From IMG/VR virus record IMGVR_UViG_3300022926_000008: 64,000 bases of DNA. One strand, given 5' to 3'. This document shows, piece by piece, positions 28,501-38,788 of the stretch (within the stretch, counting starts at the first letter, position 1; the number at the start of each line of letters is the position of its first letter). A program made the position numbers and the translations under genes. This DNA comes from an uncultured virus (IMG/VR IMGVR_UViG_3300022926_000008). Taxonomy: Duplodnaviria; Heunggongvirae; Uroviricota; Caudoviricetes. The notes below the pieces were generated by a model. That model saw only the letters and a list, made by a program, of their open reading frames with translations, had not been told where the DNA came from and ran no database searches.

Positions 28501-31500
28501 CGTGGTTCAAGCGTTGCAGAAGTTCAGGCAAAGATTGCAAAGTCTGGCGGGACATTAGTTAAAGAAACAGATAAGGCTGCTAAGGAAACTAAGAAGGCAG
28601 CTGCAGCAACTAAGAAAGAGACAGCTGCCAAAACAAAGAACGCTAAGGCTGTCGAAAAAGCTACCAATGCCGTTGCAGCTAAAAAACCTGGGCAGGTAGT
28701 GTCTACAGTTGATAAGAATGGCAATGTTCGCTTCTACCAAGATGGCAAGAGAATCACTAACGAAAAGGGTACTGCCGCAGTTAAAAGATCAGAGGCAGCA
28801 CAAAAGGCAGCTCAGACTAGGGCAGCAAACAAAGCTTCAGCTCCAGCTTCCCCAGCCGCTAAGCCCGATGCCGCTGGTGCAGCTGCTAAGTCCAGACTAG
28901 GACTTGGTGGTATGGCAGCTATAGCTTCTGTAGGTGCGATGGCTGCATCTTTTGCTCCTGGAAAGGTTGGAGAGGTTGCACAACAGCTGATCTTGCCTTT
29001 GATGATGCTGCCAACAATTTTGCCACTTCTTAAGAATCCAATTGTTCTTGCAATCGCAGCCGTGGCAGCCCTTGGTGTTGGCATTTTTATGTTGCATAAA
29101 AAACTAAAGGATGCTACAAAATCAGGAATTGATGCTGGCCAAGCATTGTCTATGACAGCAGACAAACTAAAGAGCATCTCTGAAGTAACTGGAACTGTCA
29201 GTGCTACCGAGCTTAGACAACAGCAACAGCAGGCTCAGCTCACAGCTTCTGGTCCAGAGTTTAACTCATTTGGTCTTGGATTTGTGCAAGATTCTGAGCA
29301 GGGCAAGGCAATGCTTGCCGATATTGAAAAACAGTTTACGAGCGGCTCTTCAGTAGAACAGGTTGGCGAAAATATGGGCCGCCAGCTTGCTATGGCTATC
29401 ACTCAAGGTGCTGTGTCAGTTGATCAAGCACGATCAATTGCCGTTGCTCTTGGTACAGAGCTTGGTGATTATACCTTGTCGACAAATATTTCTGGAAAGC
29501 TCACAGAATTGCTTGGCGTAGATGGAAATGATTTAACTCAAAATCCGCTAGAGGTTGCAATTAGGATTAAAGAAGATTCTATACAAGAGCAAGTAGATAT
29601 ATTTGAAAATGCTTTGTCTGTTATTTCAGATAACTCCGAAAAGGTTGGCGGCTGGCAGAATTTGCCTTTTGTCAACATGTTTGCCGTGCCGATTGAGTTC
29701 TTTAACAGAACTAAAGAAAACAAAGAGGTTACTGCAGCTGCTGTGCAGCTTGGGGTAGAACAGCTTTCACAAAACCAAATGCTTCTAGACTCAGTTAATC
29801 AAAGATATGACATGCTAGTAGCTCAGGCCACTACAGAAGAAGAAATTAACAGGTTACAGGCAGAACGTAGAACGGCTATTCAAGAAATTAATGAGGCAAA
29901 CGCAGAGACAACTGCACAAATACTTGAGCAGGCCAAGGCATTTGATGACATTGGGTTGTATCAAGACGCTATGGCAGAGTCCATTAGGCAGAGATATTCT
30001 GAAGGACCAATGAAGGTATTCTCAGAAGAAGCACTTAAGCAGCTTGCTGAAGTAGATAATCAAGATTTTGCTATGACACTGTCTCTTCAGATGGCTACTG
30101 GAGAGCTAAGTCCAATCTCTGTTCTTAAGTTGATTGAGGTGGGGGAAAATAACGAGTCGTTCCAGGTCTCATTTGAAACATCAATGAAAACTCAGGGCAG
30201 TGCCCAGACCAATCAGCTAATGACACTGCTAACTCAGAATAACGTATCTAACAATGCATTCCCAGTAATGTTTGATTTTGTTGTAAACTCTGGGGGTGAA
30301 TTTGACAACATGCTTGAAGCTCTTGGTGTTATTTCAAGCCTAGGAACAAGGTACGGATTTGAGTTTGACCTATCAACTAATGGTGAAGAGCAGCTACAAG
30401 AGGTTGCTGAAATTATTGGAAAATACCAAGGCTTGCCAGACGTAATTACCAAAGAAGCATTTATTGAAACTGCTGCAGGCGACGCAAACCTTACCAAGCT
30501 ACTAGATAATTGGGAAGACCTAAACCTAACAGATAATGTTAGCAGGCAGTTTGTAATTGACTTTATTACTAGAACATCACAAGCGGACCCAGACCTAGTT
30601 CGAGCATATATGGCAGATCAGGGAATCGCTATGACTGGCACGCGTTCTAGAAGTCGTAGGGGTAGAACTGTTACTACAAATGCCCCGTCATCAGCTGATA
30701 TGTCTAAGTATGGTACAGCAGCTGCAGTCTGGAACCTTGGTCAAACTATGCCAGTAACCACAGATACCAATGACCCCTCAGGAGAGGGAGAGGGAGAAGG
30801 AACTGGTGCTGGTGCTGCTCCACAGCTAGATAGCCTTCTTAAAAAGATAAGGGATGTAAGACAGGCTACTATCAGTATGCGTAAGGGCTGGGACGGAATG
30901 AACCAGTCAATCAAAGAATTCCTAGACTCTGGCATTAATGGATTTAGTGGTTTGGCTAATCAAATGCGATCCATCGGCGTTGGCGAAAACCTAATTGAGC
31001 GTATTGTCGGAATGGATCCAGATGAATATGCAGAACGCAAGGATGAGCTATTTGTATTTGATAAGAATGGCAACATTGTCGGGGTAACTGAAAAGCTAAA
31101 TAATCTTGGTCTAGCTATGAACAAGGTTGCTATTGGAGAATACATCAATTCTCAGCAAGCATTTATTGAAAATACTAAGAATCAGTTTACTGCAATGCAA
31201 ATGCTTACTGCAGCTGGGCTATCATTTGTGGATGCCTACGAACTAGTTCAGGATCAGGCAATTGCTACGGCTATTGCAATGGCAGCGACCAAAGAAGAAG
31301 TCGAAGAAATTATTGACATTATTGAGCGTCTCAATAGGCTACAGGAAAAGTCAGACAGGCTGTCTGAAGAAAAGCAAGCTGCTGAAGCTTTAAAGAGAAC
31401 CAATGATCAGTTTATGGAGCGTGCAAGAGCAATTAGAAAGCTAGCCTCTGAGCAGGGCAAGTATAGCGATGAGCAAATTAGTGCGATTATGAATGACCCT

Positions 31501-33273
31501 AATCTGACAAAGCTATACCTAAATCCATCAATTAGCCCAACAGAGCTTTCCAGGGCACTTCAGCAAGCTAAGGCAGCTGCTGATCTAGAGCTGCAGATTT
31601 CAGTATCAACTGAAGAAGGAAAGAAGGGCCTATTCGATAGCCTAATGGGAGACATTCAGACTCAGTTTAATAGGCAAGCAACTGAAATAGAACTTGATTT
31701 TAAGGCAGCAACTAGTGGAGACTCAGACATTGTTAGCCAAGCACAGCAACAAATTGCAGCAATTCAGTATGAAATTGATGACTATCAGGCACAGCTCAAA
31801 GGCATTCAAGACCAAGAAGAGGTTATTAACGACAAGTACAATGATAGGTATGAAGCATTAGAGCAGGTGGCCGCAGCTAATGAGCGTATTTCTAGAATTA
31901 GATCTGCAGAGCTAGACATTGCAGATGCACTTTCTCGTGGTGACATTGCAGCAGCGGCTAGAGCACAGCAACAGCTTAGGGCTACGGAAGCAGAAAATCG
32001 TGCACAAACCGAAAGAGAGATGCTAGAAAAGCAGCAGGCTGCAGAAATTGCAAGGCTTAGGTCTGCTTCTGGTCAATCCAGAGAAGAGATTGAGTCTGCA
32101 ATCAAAAACAAGCAAGATGAAATTTTTACAATTGAAGAGGGGCAGCTAGAGCCAGCCCAAGAACGCATTAGGTTGGCAGAATACCAAAAGAATCTAGACA
32201 TTGAAGGTTTGGAAATTGCTGGCAAGACCAGAGATGAGTGGGATCAGATTGCAAATGCAGTAGACCTAGCTTCTGTAAATATGGATGACTTTAATAAGAA
32301 GATTCAGCAAGCACTAGCATTGTTCGAATATTTTGTCAATGGAAAAGACTTGGATGCATCTTTGTTTGGGGCAGACGAAATTCAAGAGCTAGTTGATACT
32401 GGGGTCGTTAGCGGAGATAGGGTCGACTACGGTCCTCAAAAGCCAACTCCAGCCCCTACTCCAACCCCAACTAAGAGTGATAATGGCTCTGGGGGATCAA
32501 AAACAGTTTTGGAGGCACTTCGTGAAGCAGAGACCAAAGACCCAACGGTTGTTCAGGCCAATAAAGATATTGCCTCTGCTAATAAGACTATAGAAGCACT
32601 TAGTGGCAGCAGCATGCCAGGAAATAAGAGCATCGTTGATGCCATGGTTAAGCAAAAAGCCGATGCGGCATATACAAAGTCGTGGGCACTTAAGGCAGTA
32701 GCAACATCCGCAGGTGCTAACTTAACGCCAAAATCATCAACTCCTTCTGGTGGTCAGGCCGCAGCATTGAACAAGCAAAAGTCATCTTCAAGCTCTACAA
32801 GCAGCAGAACGACTCCTATTCCTTCAAAGAGTTCAGCACCAAAACCAAAGACCGATAGTTCAGACAACAAGTTTAAAAACTTGGCTCCCAAGAAGACAAC
32901 CACCACCAAGAGGTTCATCACTGTTGGTGGACAAAAAATTTATTATAACCAAGGTGGCTCGGTTCCAGGATATAGCATTGGCGGAAATGTAAAGGGCTAT
33001 TCCGTAGGGGGAATGTTCACCTCCATGGGATCAGACAATGTTCCAGCTATGCTAAGCCCAGGAGAGTATGTAGTCCGTAAACGTGCAGTGCAAGATTTTG
33101 GAACCAAAAACCTAGAAGCTATAAATAATGGAACATACTCTGGCGGTTCGGTGTATAATTATAACTTGGCAGTTAACGTCAAGTCTGATGCAGACCCAGA
33201 CAGAATTGCTAGAGTCGTAATGAAACAGATTAAACGCGTTGATTCGCAGAGGGTAAGGGGAAATAGGATCTAA
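25552..33273 (+). CDS. Tape measure protein
   Basis: About 2570 aa, Ala/Gln-rich and helical; TP901-like core (FLNAAENQT...GISASQGANALKSSLGRL); hydrophobic segments; gene order. Confidence 0.92.
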   Translation: MADAQANIGIGIDTTQALAAIRQLQREISVFHTLMAKGGANVAAESLRMRQGLINNINETGKFSARMTQISSSTESFTNSLERNKFSMGQYFKYAGASTKTFGKLFTREFDTINRVATERVKDLQTQYISMGRDANGALQAIKVRPLALDMESLSTRTMMAAQKQQLFNQVLKQGSTNLLNFGKNTQWAGRQLMVGFTIPLAIFGTAAAREFQKLEEQAIKFRRVYGDMFTTTGQTERALENVRELASEFTKYGIAVEKTVGLAARVAQMGNMGDALDAQVRQATRLSVLGGLEQEEALDTTISLTNAFGVSVDELADKVNFLNAAENQTILSIEDFNEAIPKAGSVVKALGGDVEDLAFFLTAMREGGISASQGANALKSSLGRLINPTEEARKRLANLGIDVVGIVEANAGNLRGTVMALAQALDTLDPLQKSRAIEQLFGKFQFARMSTMFNNIVDSGSQANKVLQLTGNSVQELGILADREMSRVEDSVAYKFNKSLEDFKATLAPLGEAFLKAVTPLVEFGTKILNKFNEMGDGAKQFVVVMAAVLGAIGPVALMSFGLLANGVANLIKMFANLGIFYQRITGQSKGLGLSTEYMTQQQIEAAAVASSLNQSHATLIQTFSAEATAVDRLTAAYSRAVAAQRTFQGSAVARGGAGGTKKYAAGVVSVPGPRGAGDVVPAMLSPGEAVIPADMAKRYAPVINQMISGKIPGYEQGLKAEETKATTTRGQRPATPARVAGYTNAVMYLPGRENLRLNSGGADVKDLRSALGYQGANKPMAAGSAAAQAPMVDSIARALGKTSNSKQIAQQIQNNPEFKKFANNVNKGIAQALPKSGKIADPQFQKIATAAIDKELKTGGYSKEFQKAGRGVLTQQTMFQDPTNKRIRSNGKLDLQGRGQVRAGVPGYRRNYTSAITALGGKAQAFVGQHLSHMTGSKQLDLSKVSNLSKEASDAKARLKSGVDRVTYKDTEGNKRSVTVKRGSSVAEVQAKIAKSGGTLVKETDKAAKETKKAAAATKKETAAKTKNAKAVEKATNAVAAKKPGQVVSTVDKNGNVRFYQDGKRITNEKGTAAVKRSEAAQKAAQTRAANKASAPASPAAKPDAAGAAAKSRLGLGGMAAIASVGAMAASFAPGKVGEVAQQLILPLMMLPTILPLLKNPIVLAIAAVAALGVGIFMLHKKLKDATKSGIDAGQALSMTADKLKSISEVTGTVSATELRQQQQQAQLTASGPEFNSFGLGFVQDSEQGKAMLADIEKQFTSGSSVEQVGENMGRQLAMAITQGAVSVDQARSIAVALGTELGDYTLSTNISGKLTELLGVDGNDLTQNPLEVAIRIKEDSIQEQVDIFENALSVISDNSEKVGGWQNLPFVNMFAVPIEFFNRTKENKEVTAAAVQLGVEQLSQNQMLLDSVNQRYDMLVAQATTEEEINRLQAERRTAIQEINEANAETTAQILEQAKAFDDIGLYQDAMAESIRQRYSEGPMKVFSEEALKQLAEVDNQDFAMTLSLQMATGELSPISVLKLIEVGENNESFQVSFETSMKTQGSAQTNQLMTLLTQNNVSNNAFPVMFDFVVNSGGEFDNMLEALGVISSLGTRYGFEFDLSTNGEEQLQEVAEIIGKYQGLPDVITKEAFIETAAGDANLTKLLDNWEDLNLTDNVSRQFVIDFITRTSQADPDLVRAYMADQGIAMTGTRSRSRRGRTVTTNAPSSADMSKYGTAAAVWNLGQTMPVTTDTNDPSGEGEGEGTGAGAAPQLDSLLKKIRDVRQATISMRKGWDGMNQSIKEFLDSGINGFSGLANQMRSIGVGENLIERIVGMDPDEYAERKDELFVFDKNGNIVGVTEKLNNLGLAMNKVAIGEYINSQQAFIENTKNQFTAMQMLTAAGLSFVDAYELVQDQAIATAIAMAATKEEVEEIIDIIERLNRLQEKSDRLSEEKQAAEALKRTNDQFMERARAIRKLASEQGKYSDEQISAIMNDPNLTKLYLNPSISPTELSRALQQAKAAADLELQISVSTEEGKKGLFDSLMGDIQTQFNRQATEIELDFKAATSGDSDIVSQAQQQIAAIQYEIDDYQAQLKGIQDQEEVINDKYNDRYEALEQVAAANERISRIRSAELDIADALSRGDIAAAARAQQQLRATEAENRAQTEREMLEKQQAAEIARLRSASGQSREEIESAIKNKQDEIFTIEEGQLEPAQERIRLAEYQKNLDIEGLEIAGKTRDEWDQIANAVDLASVNMDDFNKKIQQALALFEYFVNGKDLDASLFGADEIQELVDTGVVSGDRVDYGPQKPTPAPTPTPTKSDNGSGGSKTVLEALREAETKDPTVVQANKDIASANKTIEALSGSSMPGNKSIVDAMVKQKADAAYTKSWALKAVATSAGANLTPKSSTPSGGQAAALNKQKSSSSSTSSRTTPIPSKSSAPKPKTDSSDNKFKNLAPKKTTTTKRFITVGGQKIYYNQGGSVPGYSIGGNVKGYSVGGMFTSMGSDNVPAMLSPGEYVVRKRAVQDFGTKNLEAINNGTYSGGSVYNYNLAVNVKSDADPDRIARVVMKQIKRVDSQRVRGNRI

Positions 33274-33920
33274 TGGCAACTTCTAATTATATGTCTGGTA
33301 GGCAAAAGTATGGCAGACCACAGGCCATGTTGTTTGCTAATAATCCTGGCACAGTTATTGATGGCAAGATTGTTCCAGACGGAACTGAGTTTGAAGATTT
33401 TATTATCCTGTCTGACGACAATAGGGATCCAATTTCATTTTCAATTGATAGAATTGAAAATAGAGAAAGAATGATTAATGGGCGTATGCGTTCATATCAT
33501 ATTGCCGACAAACTAAAAATTTCTACAGGCTGGAAAAATCTACCATCTAGATCGTATGCCGCATCGCCAGACTTTGGTCAGGGCGGCGTGTCTGAGCTAA
33601 ACACATCTTCTGGCATACGTGTATTTGATGACGGCGAATACGTAACCCTGCCAAAACAATTTTTTACTACCGATGGTGGTGCTGGGGGCGTAGACCTTTT
33701 AAATTGGTATAACAATAACGTTGGATCCTTTTGGGTTTATCTGGCTTATGATAATTATGAAAACTTTGACACCAACTACAGCGTTGATCCAAGATCCAGG
33801 CTGGCTCAATATAACGAAGTCGTTGAAGTCTTGTTTAATGATTTTTCATACACTGTAGAAAAACGAGGAACCCTAACCCATGATTATTGGAATATTGACA
33901 TAGATCTAGAAGAGGTATAA
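33273..33920 (+). CDS. Putative distal tail protein
   Basis: Directly after the tape measure gene; RERMINGRMRSYH, WNIDIDLEEV. Confidence 0.55.
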   Translation: MATSNYMSGRQKYGRPQAMLFANNPGTVIDGKIVPDGTEFEDFIILSDDNRDPISFSIDRIENRERMINGRMRSYHIADKLKISTGWKNLPSRSYAASPDFGQGGVSELNTSSGIRVFDDGEYVTLPKQFFTTDGGAGGVDLLNWYNNNVGSFWVYLAYDNYENFDTNYSVDPRSRLAQYNEVVEVLFNDFSYTVEKRGTLTHDYWNIDIDLEEV

Positions 33921-36900
33921 TGTTTGTTAATGAAAAATTACAAAGCCACTTAAATACTTCTTCAGCTGTTAAACTTCAGTCGAAAGTTATTGCAGAATGG
34001 AACATGAATGAGGCCAACAATATTCTGCAAGTAGGTAACTATAGATATAGGCCAACAGATAGTCTTGGATCACAGTATCAAATTCCACTACAGTCTTTTA
34101 GTTTATCTGATGAAGGAAACTACTATACTAATGCCACCTATTCGGATATTAAAATTGACGGCGGCCTTGACAATAGCGATGTCCCAACTATATTTTTAAG
34201 CAAACAACAAAAAGAGGGTCAGCTATATTCTTTAGAAGAATGCTTTCAGCGAAATAGGCCCAGGTCTGGCATCAATAAAGTTAGGTTTATGAGCTCTACC
34301 CCTGGAAAGTTTTTTTCTCATTTTGACAATGTTCAGATGGCAGAAAGGCCGAGGTATTATGCTGCAAGCAGAGATGATATTTTTAAATACTGGACCTCAT
34401 ATCGTAAAGAGTCTGGCGTAGAGCATGGTGTAGCCAACAAGGTTCAGAATAATAAGTATTACATTACAGACGCAGCCCCATACGTTGTGTATAAAAACAC
34501 TGTTGCGGCAAACAGAGTTGTTGTAAAAATGCAAACAAACGTGGGGTCCGTTGACCTGGGAGTTTTTAATAATAATTCTGTTGGAGTTCCAGACCCATTT
34601 CATGGAACAGAAAACCAGACTACTCCAACTAGATGGAAGATTCAGTATTTGGATGAAACTCAGACGTGGGTAGATGCTACCTCATTTGATGAAAACTCTG
34701 TACGTGCCGACGGCTCCCCAGTAGTAGGGGCTGACGGGTACGTTGAAATTGGTTACGGACCTATCATTCCACAAGAATACAAAAACTCTTTTAATTTTGT
34801 TAAAGCATTAACTCACCCAAGCCTTGTGCCCCCTACAGAATCTCTTAATGAAGGAGATGCATACTTTATTTCTTATTCTGAAGATGTTGCGGGCAGCTAT
34901 TATATTGTTGTAAATGAAACCATAAAAACATTTCCAGCTCAATATGGGTGGCAGGTTATGGAAGAAGGTATTTCAGATCAAACTCCTTTTGTAACTGAGC
35001 TAGTTGACAAACCTTCATATATAAATACAGCTAATGGCCAAACTGTTTTCAGAGAGTTTCAAAATATTAATGGCTTAAGGATAGTCGTTGAAACTATGAA
35101 TAAGTACGACTCTACTTTCGATCTCATTGAGCTATCCCCTAGGCTGGCTATTGATTTATCGGATAAGACGAGTGACTTTTCAATTAAAAAAACCTCAGCT
35201 GATCTTGGCGTAAGCGGAATGCCAGTGTCACAGCTACTTGCCGCTACGGGATCACTCACGCTGTTTGACTATGACCAAGCATTTTTCCCAGAAAATAATA
35301 ATAGTTTGCTGTACGGCCACATGACACAAAATGTGCAGTATAAATTTTATGAGGGCATTTACGATGTCGAGGGCGAAAATTTTATTGTTCCAATTAAAAC
35401 CATGTACTCGGAAGGCTTCCCAACTGCTAAGTCTACGAACAGATCAGTCTCTATTGAGCTAAGAGATTTGTTCTATCTGTTGGAGTCACAGACTGCCCCA
35501 CAAATGCTGGTCCCAAATGTTTCTTTAAGCTATGCGGTTTCATTGCTTATGGATGCAATTGGTTTTTCAAACTATTACTTTAAGAGAATATCCGACGAGT
35601 CCGACCCAGAAATTCCTTTCTTTTTTATTGAGCCAGATACCACAGTAGCAGAGGTACTGAGCCAGCTGGCAATGTCTACGCAATCAGCAATATTTTTTGA
35701 CGAGTATAACAATCTTGTTGTTATGTCTAGCTCATATATTTTGCCCGATGAGGGAGACAGGGACGTTGATCTTGTTCTCTATGGGACAAAAGATTTTGTT
35801 AAAAATAATGAGGTTAAAAATCAACAGACTCAATCTTCTTTAGCTAACATTATAGAAATCGCTTCTCAGGACAAGCAGGTTTTTAATGCTGGGTCAATTA
35901 ATTATACTACTAGATATATCCAGAGGTCCTTTGGTAGCATGAAGCAAGCCATGATGCTAGACCGAGATAAAACATGGTCTTATAAGCCATCGCTACTCTG
36001 GGAAGTCGCCCCATCTGAACAGCTTAAGCCGATTAATGATGAGGTAAGCTCTCAGTCAGCATATGTTTTATCTGCTATCCCATTAAACTCAGATTTTTCC
36101 GATACTGTTCCGTCAGTTAAAAATAGAAAAATTGTAGACAATGTTATGAATATGGGAGATGGCATTTATTGGATTACTAGATATAACGGATACCTCTATG
36201 CCAACGGTGAAATTATTAAATATGATGCAGTACAGTTTAGTGTCCCTGGTCTATCTAACGTGGACCCAAATGATCCTAATGTAGAAGGTGATAACGTATG
36301 GATTACTAGCGTAAGAGACTACTCTAAATATTTTTCCAAAATTCCATTTAATGGAAAAATGTATCCTACTGGTTTAGTAAGGGTATACGCAGAGCCAAAC
36401 TATGAAGTTATTAATGGAGTTACTTTTTTGAAAAACGGAGAGGTAGCCAAGCACGGCAGGGGCCAGTTTGACACTCCAATTGTTTATCACAGTGCTGGAC
36501 TATCTAGCCACTGGTCTTCAAACGATAACGTTCGTGGCTGCGATATGGAGTTCAACTACCTTATTGACCCTACGCTGCAAGCCCCATCTCTTGCTGTTGG
36601 GGCTGCTGGCATTAATGATACTCGTGCCCGCAATACCTCAAGAACCAGCCTGATTAAAAACTTTTTGGCTACTAAGAATGACACAGAAAATAATACATCA
36701 GAGGATAACTCAGCAACCGTGCAGGCCTCAGCATTGGTTTTTAATGGCACTTCGTTCGCTACAACTGATAATCCACTGAATAGCATTTCTTATATTTATA
36801 AGCCACTGAGTGACAGGTTTGTACACTTTGGTACTAGAATGAGAATTATTGGTAAGATTGAAAATAGCGAAATCCGAGGCCAAAGCCCTGTAGGATCTTT

Positions 36901-38257
36901 TACATACTATACGCCAACCGAAACCAGTTCTGATCAGCCAGTTGCCATTGCTGGGGCATCAGGAGGCATTGCTTTTTCTCTCAACCCAGAGACAAATAAC
37001 GGATACTATTTTGAAGTAGTAGCTCTGACAGACTATAGTGCCTCTAACTATGAAGATCTTGGTGTAAAAAATATTTTGTTCTATAAGGTGCAGCAAAATG
37101 CAGATGATCCAGAAAGCAAGGCCATTCCAATACCATTGTGGACAGGTGTTGCAAATATACTAGTTGATGACGGAAAGTTTACTGGACAAGCAAGGCTGGC
37201 TGCAGAAGATAAGACCACCGTGTATGATCTTGCTGCAGAATATGAAAATATCGGAGGCACAAGAAGATTTTATTTGTATATTAATGGATCGCCAGTAGCA
37301 ATCGTAGATGATCCAGATCCGCTACCAGTATATAATAATCTTGCATTATTTATTCGTGGATCTTCTCAGTGCATGTTTGAAAATGTTTATGCTCTTGCAA
37401 ATAACTATAGCCAAAATACTACTTTTGCATTGGGGACCCCAGTATCAGAAGCATTCGATGCAGCAGAAATTACAGCCAATAAGTCTTTTCAAAAATATGC
37501 AATGAGCGGGTTGGTACAGTCAACATATCTGTCTGGGCTTGGGCCATCAGAGCCGCCAGCCTACAACATGTATTTTGAAGAGTTCGGAACTATTATGAGA
37601 GAGGCTGCATACTTTAACGTTAGATATGATAAGGCTTACCCAGCTCTTTATGCCAAGCTCTCGCCAACGTTTAATAGGCTAAAAGGATATACGGTTTCTA
37701 ATTTTAGGGCAAGGTCATATGGTGCAGAGTTCATGATATTTAATGCAACAGATACAGCCTTAAGTTTAGATTCTACAAGTGGTAATTATTTAAGAATCCA
37801 GGGTGTAACTTTTACTCAAGAATCTACTAATGAACTAACTTTGGACAAATATTTTAATAAAATTTCTACTGTTAATGCTATCTCTGTAAACGGAGAAAAT
37901 GTAATTACCCCACCGACAAAGGCAGCCCAAGATTATTTCTCGGTTAAGCTGAGCAGAATGACTCATGGAACCAAGTCTTTTAGTTTAGATACTCCGTATA
38001 TTCAAAGCCATGACGCTGCTGAAGAGTTAATGACTTGGCTGGTCAATAAAATGATGAAGCCAAATAAATCTGTGGGGCTAAAGATTTTTGCTAATCCTAC
38101 AATTCAGCTTGGAGATATGTTACAAATTGACTACACAAATGCTGATGGGGTTCAGGAAATTGCTGGGCCAGAAGCTAGGTTTGTGGTATATCATATAGAG
38201 TATGATAGAGACACCGATGGACCAACCATGAAGCTATATTTAAGTGAGGTGGTATAG
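33920..38257 (+). CDS. Putative tail tip / baseplate hub protein
   Basis: 1445 aa; LAMSTQSAIFFDEYNNLVV and C-terminal NPTIQLGD hub-like motifs. Confidence 0.6.
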   Translation: MFVNEKLQSHLNTSSAVKLQSKVIAEWNMNEANNILQVGNYRYRPTDSLGSQYQIPLQSFSLSDEGNYYTNATYSDIKIDGGLDNSDVPTIFLSKQQKEGQLYSLEECFQRNRPRSGINKVRFMSSTPGKFFSHFDNVQMAERPRYYAASRDDIFKYWTSYRKESGVEHGVANKVQNNKYYITDAAPYVVYKNTVAANRVVVKMQTNVGSVDLGVFNNNSVGVPDPFHGTENQTTPTRWKIQYLDETQTWVDATSFDENSVRADGSPVVGADGYVEIGYGPIIPQEYKNSFNFVKALTHPSLVPPTESLNEGDAYFISYSEDVAGSYYIVVNETIKTFPAQYGWQVMEEGISDQTPFVTELVDKPSYINTANGQTVFREFQNINGLRIVVETMNKYDSTFDLIELSPRLAIDLSDKTSDFSIKKTSADLGVSGMPVSQLLAATGSLTLFDYDQAFFPENNNSLLYGHMTQNVQYKFYEGIYDVEGENFIVPIKTMYSEGFPTAKSTNRSVSIELRDLFYLLESQTAPQMLVPNVSLSYAVSLLMDAIGFSNYYFKRISDESDPEIPFFFIEPDTTVAEVLSQLAMSTQSAIFFDEYNNLVVMSSSYILPDEGDRDVDLVLYGTKDFVKNNEVKNQQTQSSLANIIEIASQDKQVFNAGSINYTTRYIQRSFGSMKQAMMLDRDKTWSYKPSLLWEVAPSEQLKPINDEVSSQSAYVLSAIPLNSDFSDTVPSVKNRKIVDNVMNMGDGIYWITRYNGYLYANGEIIKYDAVQFSVPGLSNVDPNDPNVEGDNVWITSVRDYSKYFSKIPFNGKMYPTGLVRVYAEPNYEVINGVTFLKNGEVAKHGRGQFDTPIVYHSAGLSSHWSSNDNVRGCDMEFNYLIDPTLQAPSLAVGAAGINDTRARNTSRTSLIKNFLATKNDTENNTSEDNSATVQASALVFNGTSFATTDNPLNSISYIYKPLSDRFVHFGTRMRIIGKIENSEIRGQSPVGSFTYYTPTETSSDQPVAIAGASGGIAFSLNPETNNGYYFEVVALTDYSASNYEDLGVKNILFYKVQQNADDPESKAIPIPLWTGVANILVDDGKFTGQARLAAEDKTTVYDLAAEYENIGGTRRFYLYINGSPVAIVDDPDPLPVYNNLALFIRGSSQCMFENVYALANNYSQNTTFALGTPVSEAFDAAEITANKSFQKYAMSGLVQSTYLSGLGPSEPPAYNMYFEEFGTIMREAAYFNVRYDKAYPALYAKLSPTFNRLKGYTVSNFRARSYGAEFMIFNATDTALSLDSTSGNYLRIQGVTFTQESTNELTLDKYFNKISTVNAISVNGENVITPPTKAAQDYFSVKLSRMTHGTKSFSLDTPYIQSHDAAEELMTWLVNKMMKPNKSVGLKIFANPTIQLGDMLQIDYTNADGVQEIAGPEARFVVYHIEYDRDTDGPTMKLYLSEVV

Positions 38258-38788
38258 TTGGCAGAAGAAACCATTGACCCAACGCCAGTATTGCCAGAGT
38301 CAAGCCCCTATTCTACAAAGTCTTCTACCGCAGTGAAGGCAGCTACGCCAGACGTTATTCTTTTTGACGAAGCCAGTATTCCTATAGAATCTCTTTCTTC
38401 ACTTATTTTTGAAAGCCTGGGGGGACAGGAGGCAATTAATTTAGTCAGGTCTAGCACTATTGATGGCACCAACGTAGACTATAGTCCGATATCAAATTTA
38501 AAAAAGTTAGCTAGTGCTTACGGACCTAAAAATATTACAAATGTCTCTGGCGGACTGGAGCAATATTTTAAAAACTTTGCAATTAGGCTAGATATCCATA
38601 TACCAGAAAGAGGCACAGGACCACTTGGTGCATCTGTATATATTGACAGAAACAATCCAGATCAAATTCAAACAAACAGACTGGTTGTAGACGTGACTAA
38701 TATGAAGACAAATGAGCAAGTAGAAATTCAAGTTCTTAACTCTGGAAGCTATGTAGATGGTATAATTGATACTACGGAGGAATCTTGA
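38258..38788 (+). CDS. Hypothetical tail-module protein
   Basis: GAGGTGG RBS before TTG; gene order. Confidence 0.5.
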   Translation: MAEETIDPTPVLPESSPYSTKSSTAVKAATPDVILFDEASIPIESLSSLIFESLGGQEAINLVRSSTIDGTNVDYSPISNLKKLASAYGPKNITNVSGGLEQYFKNFAIRLDIHIPERGTGPLGASVYIDRNNPDQIQTNRLVVDVTNMKTNEQVEIQVLNSGSYVDGIIDTTEES

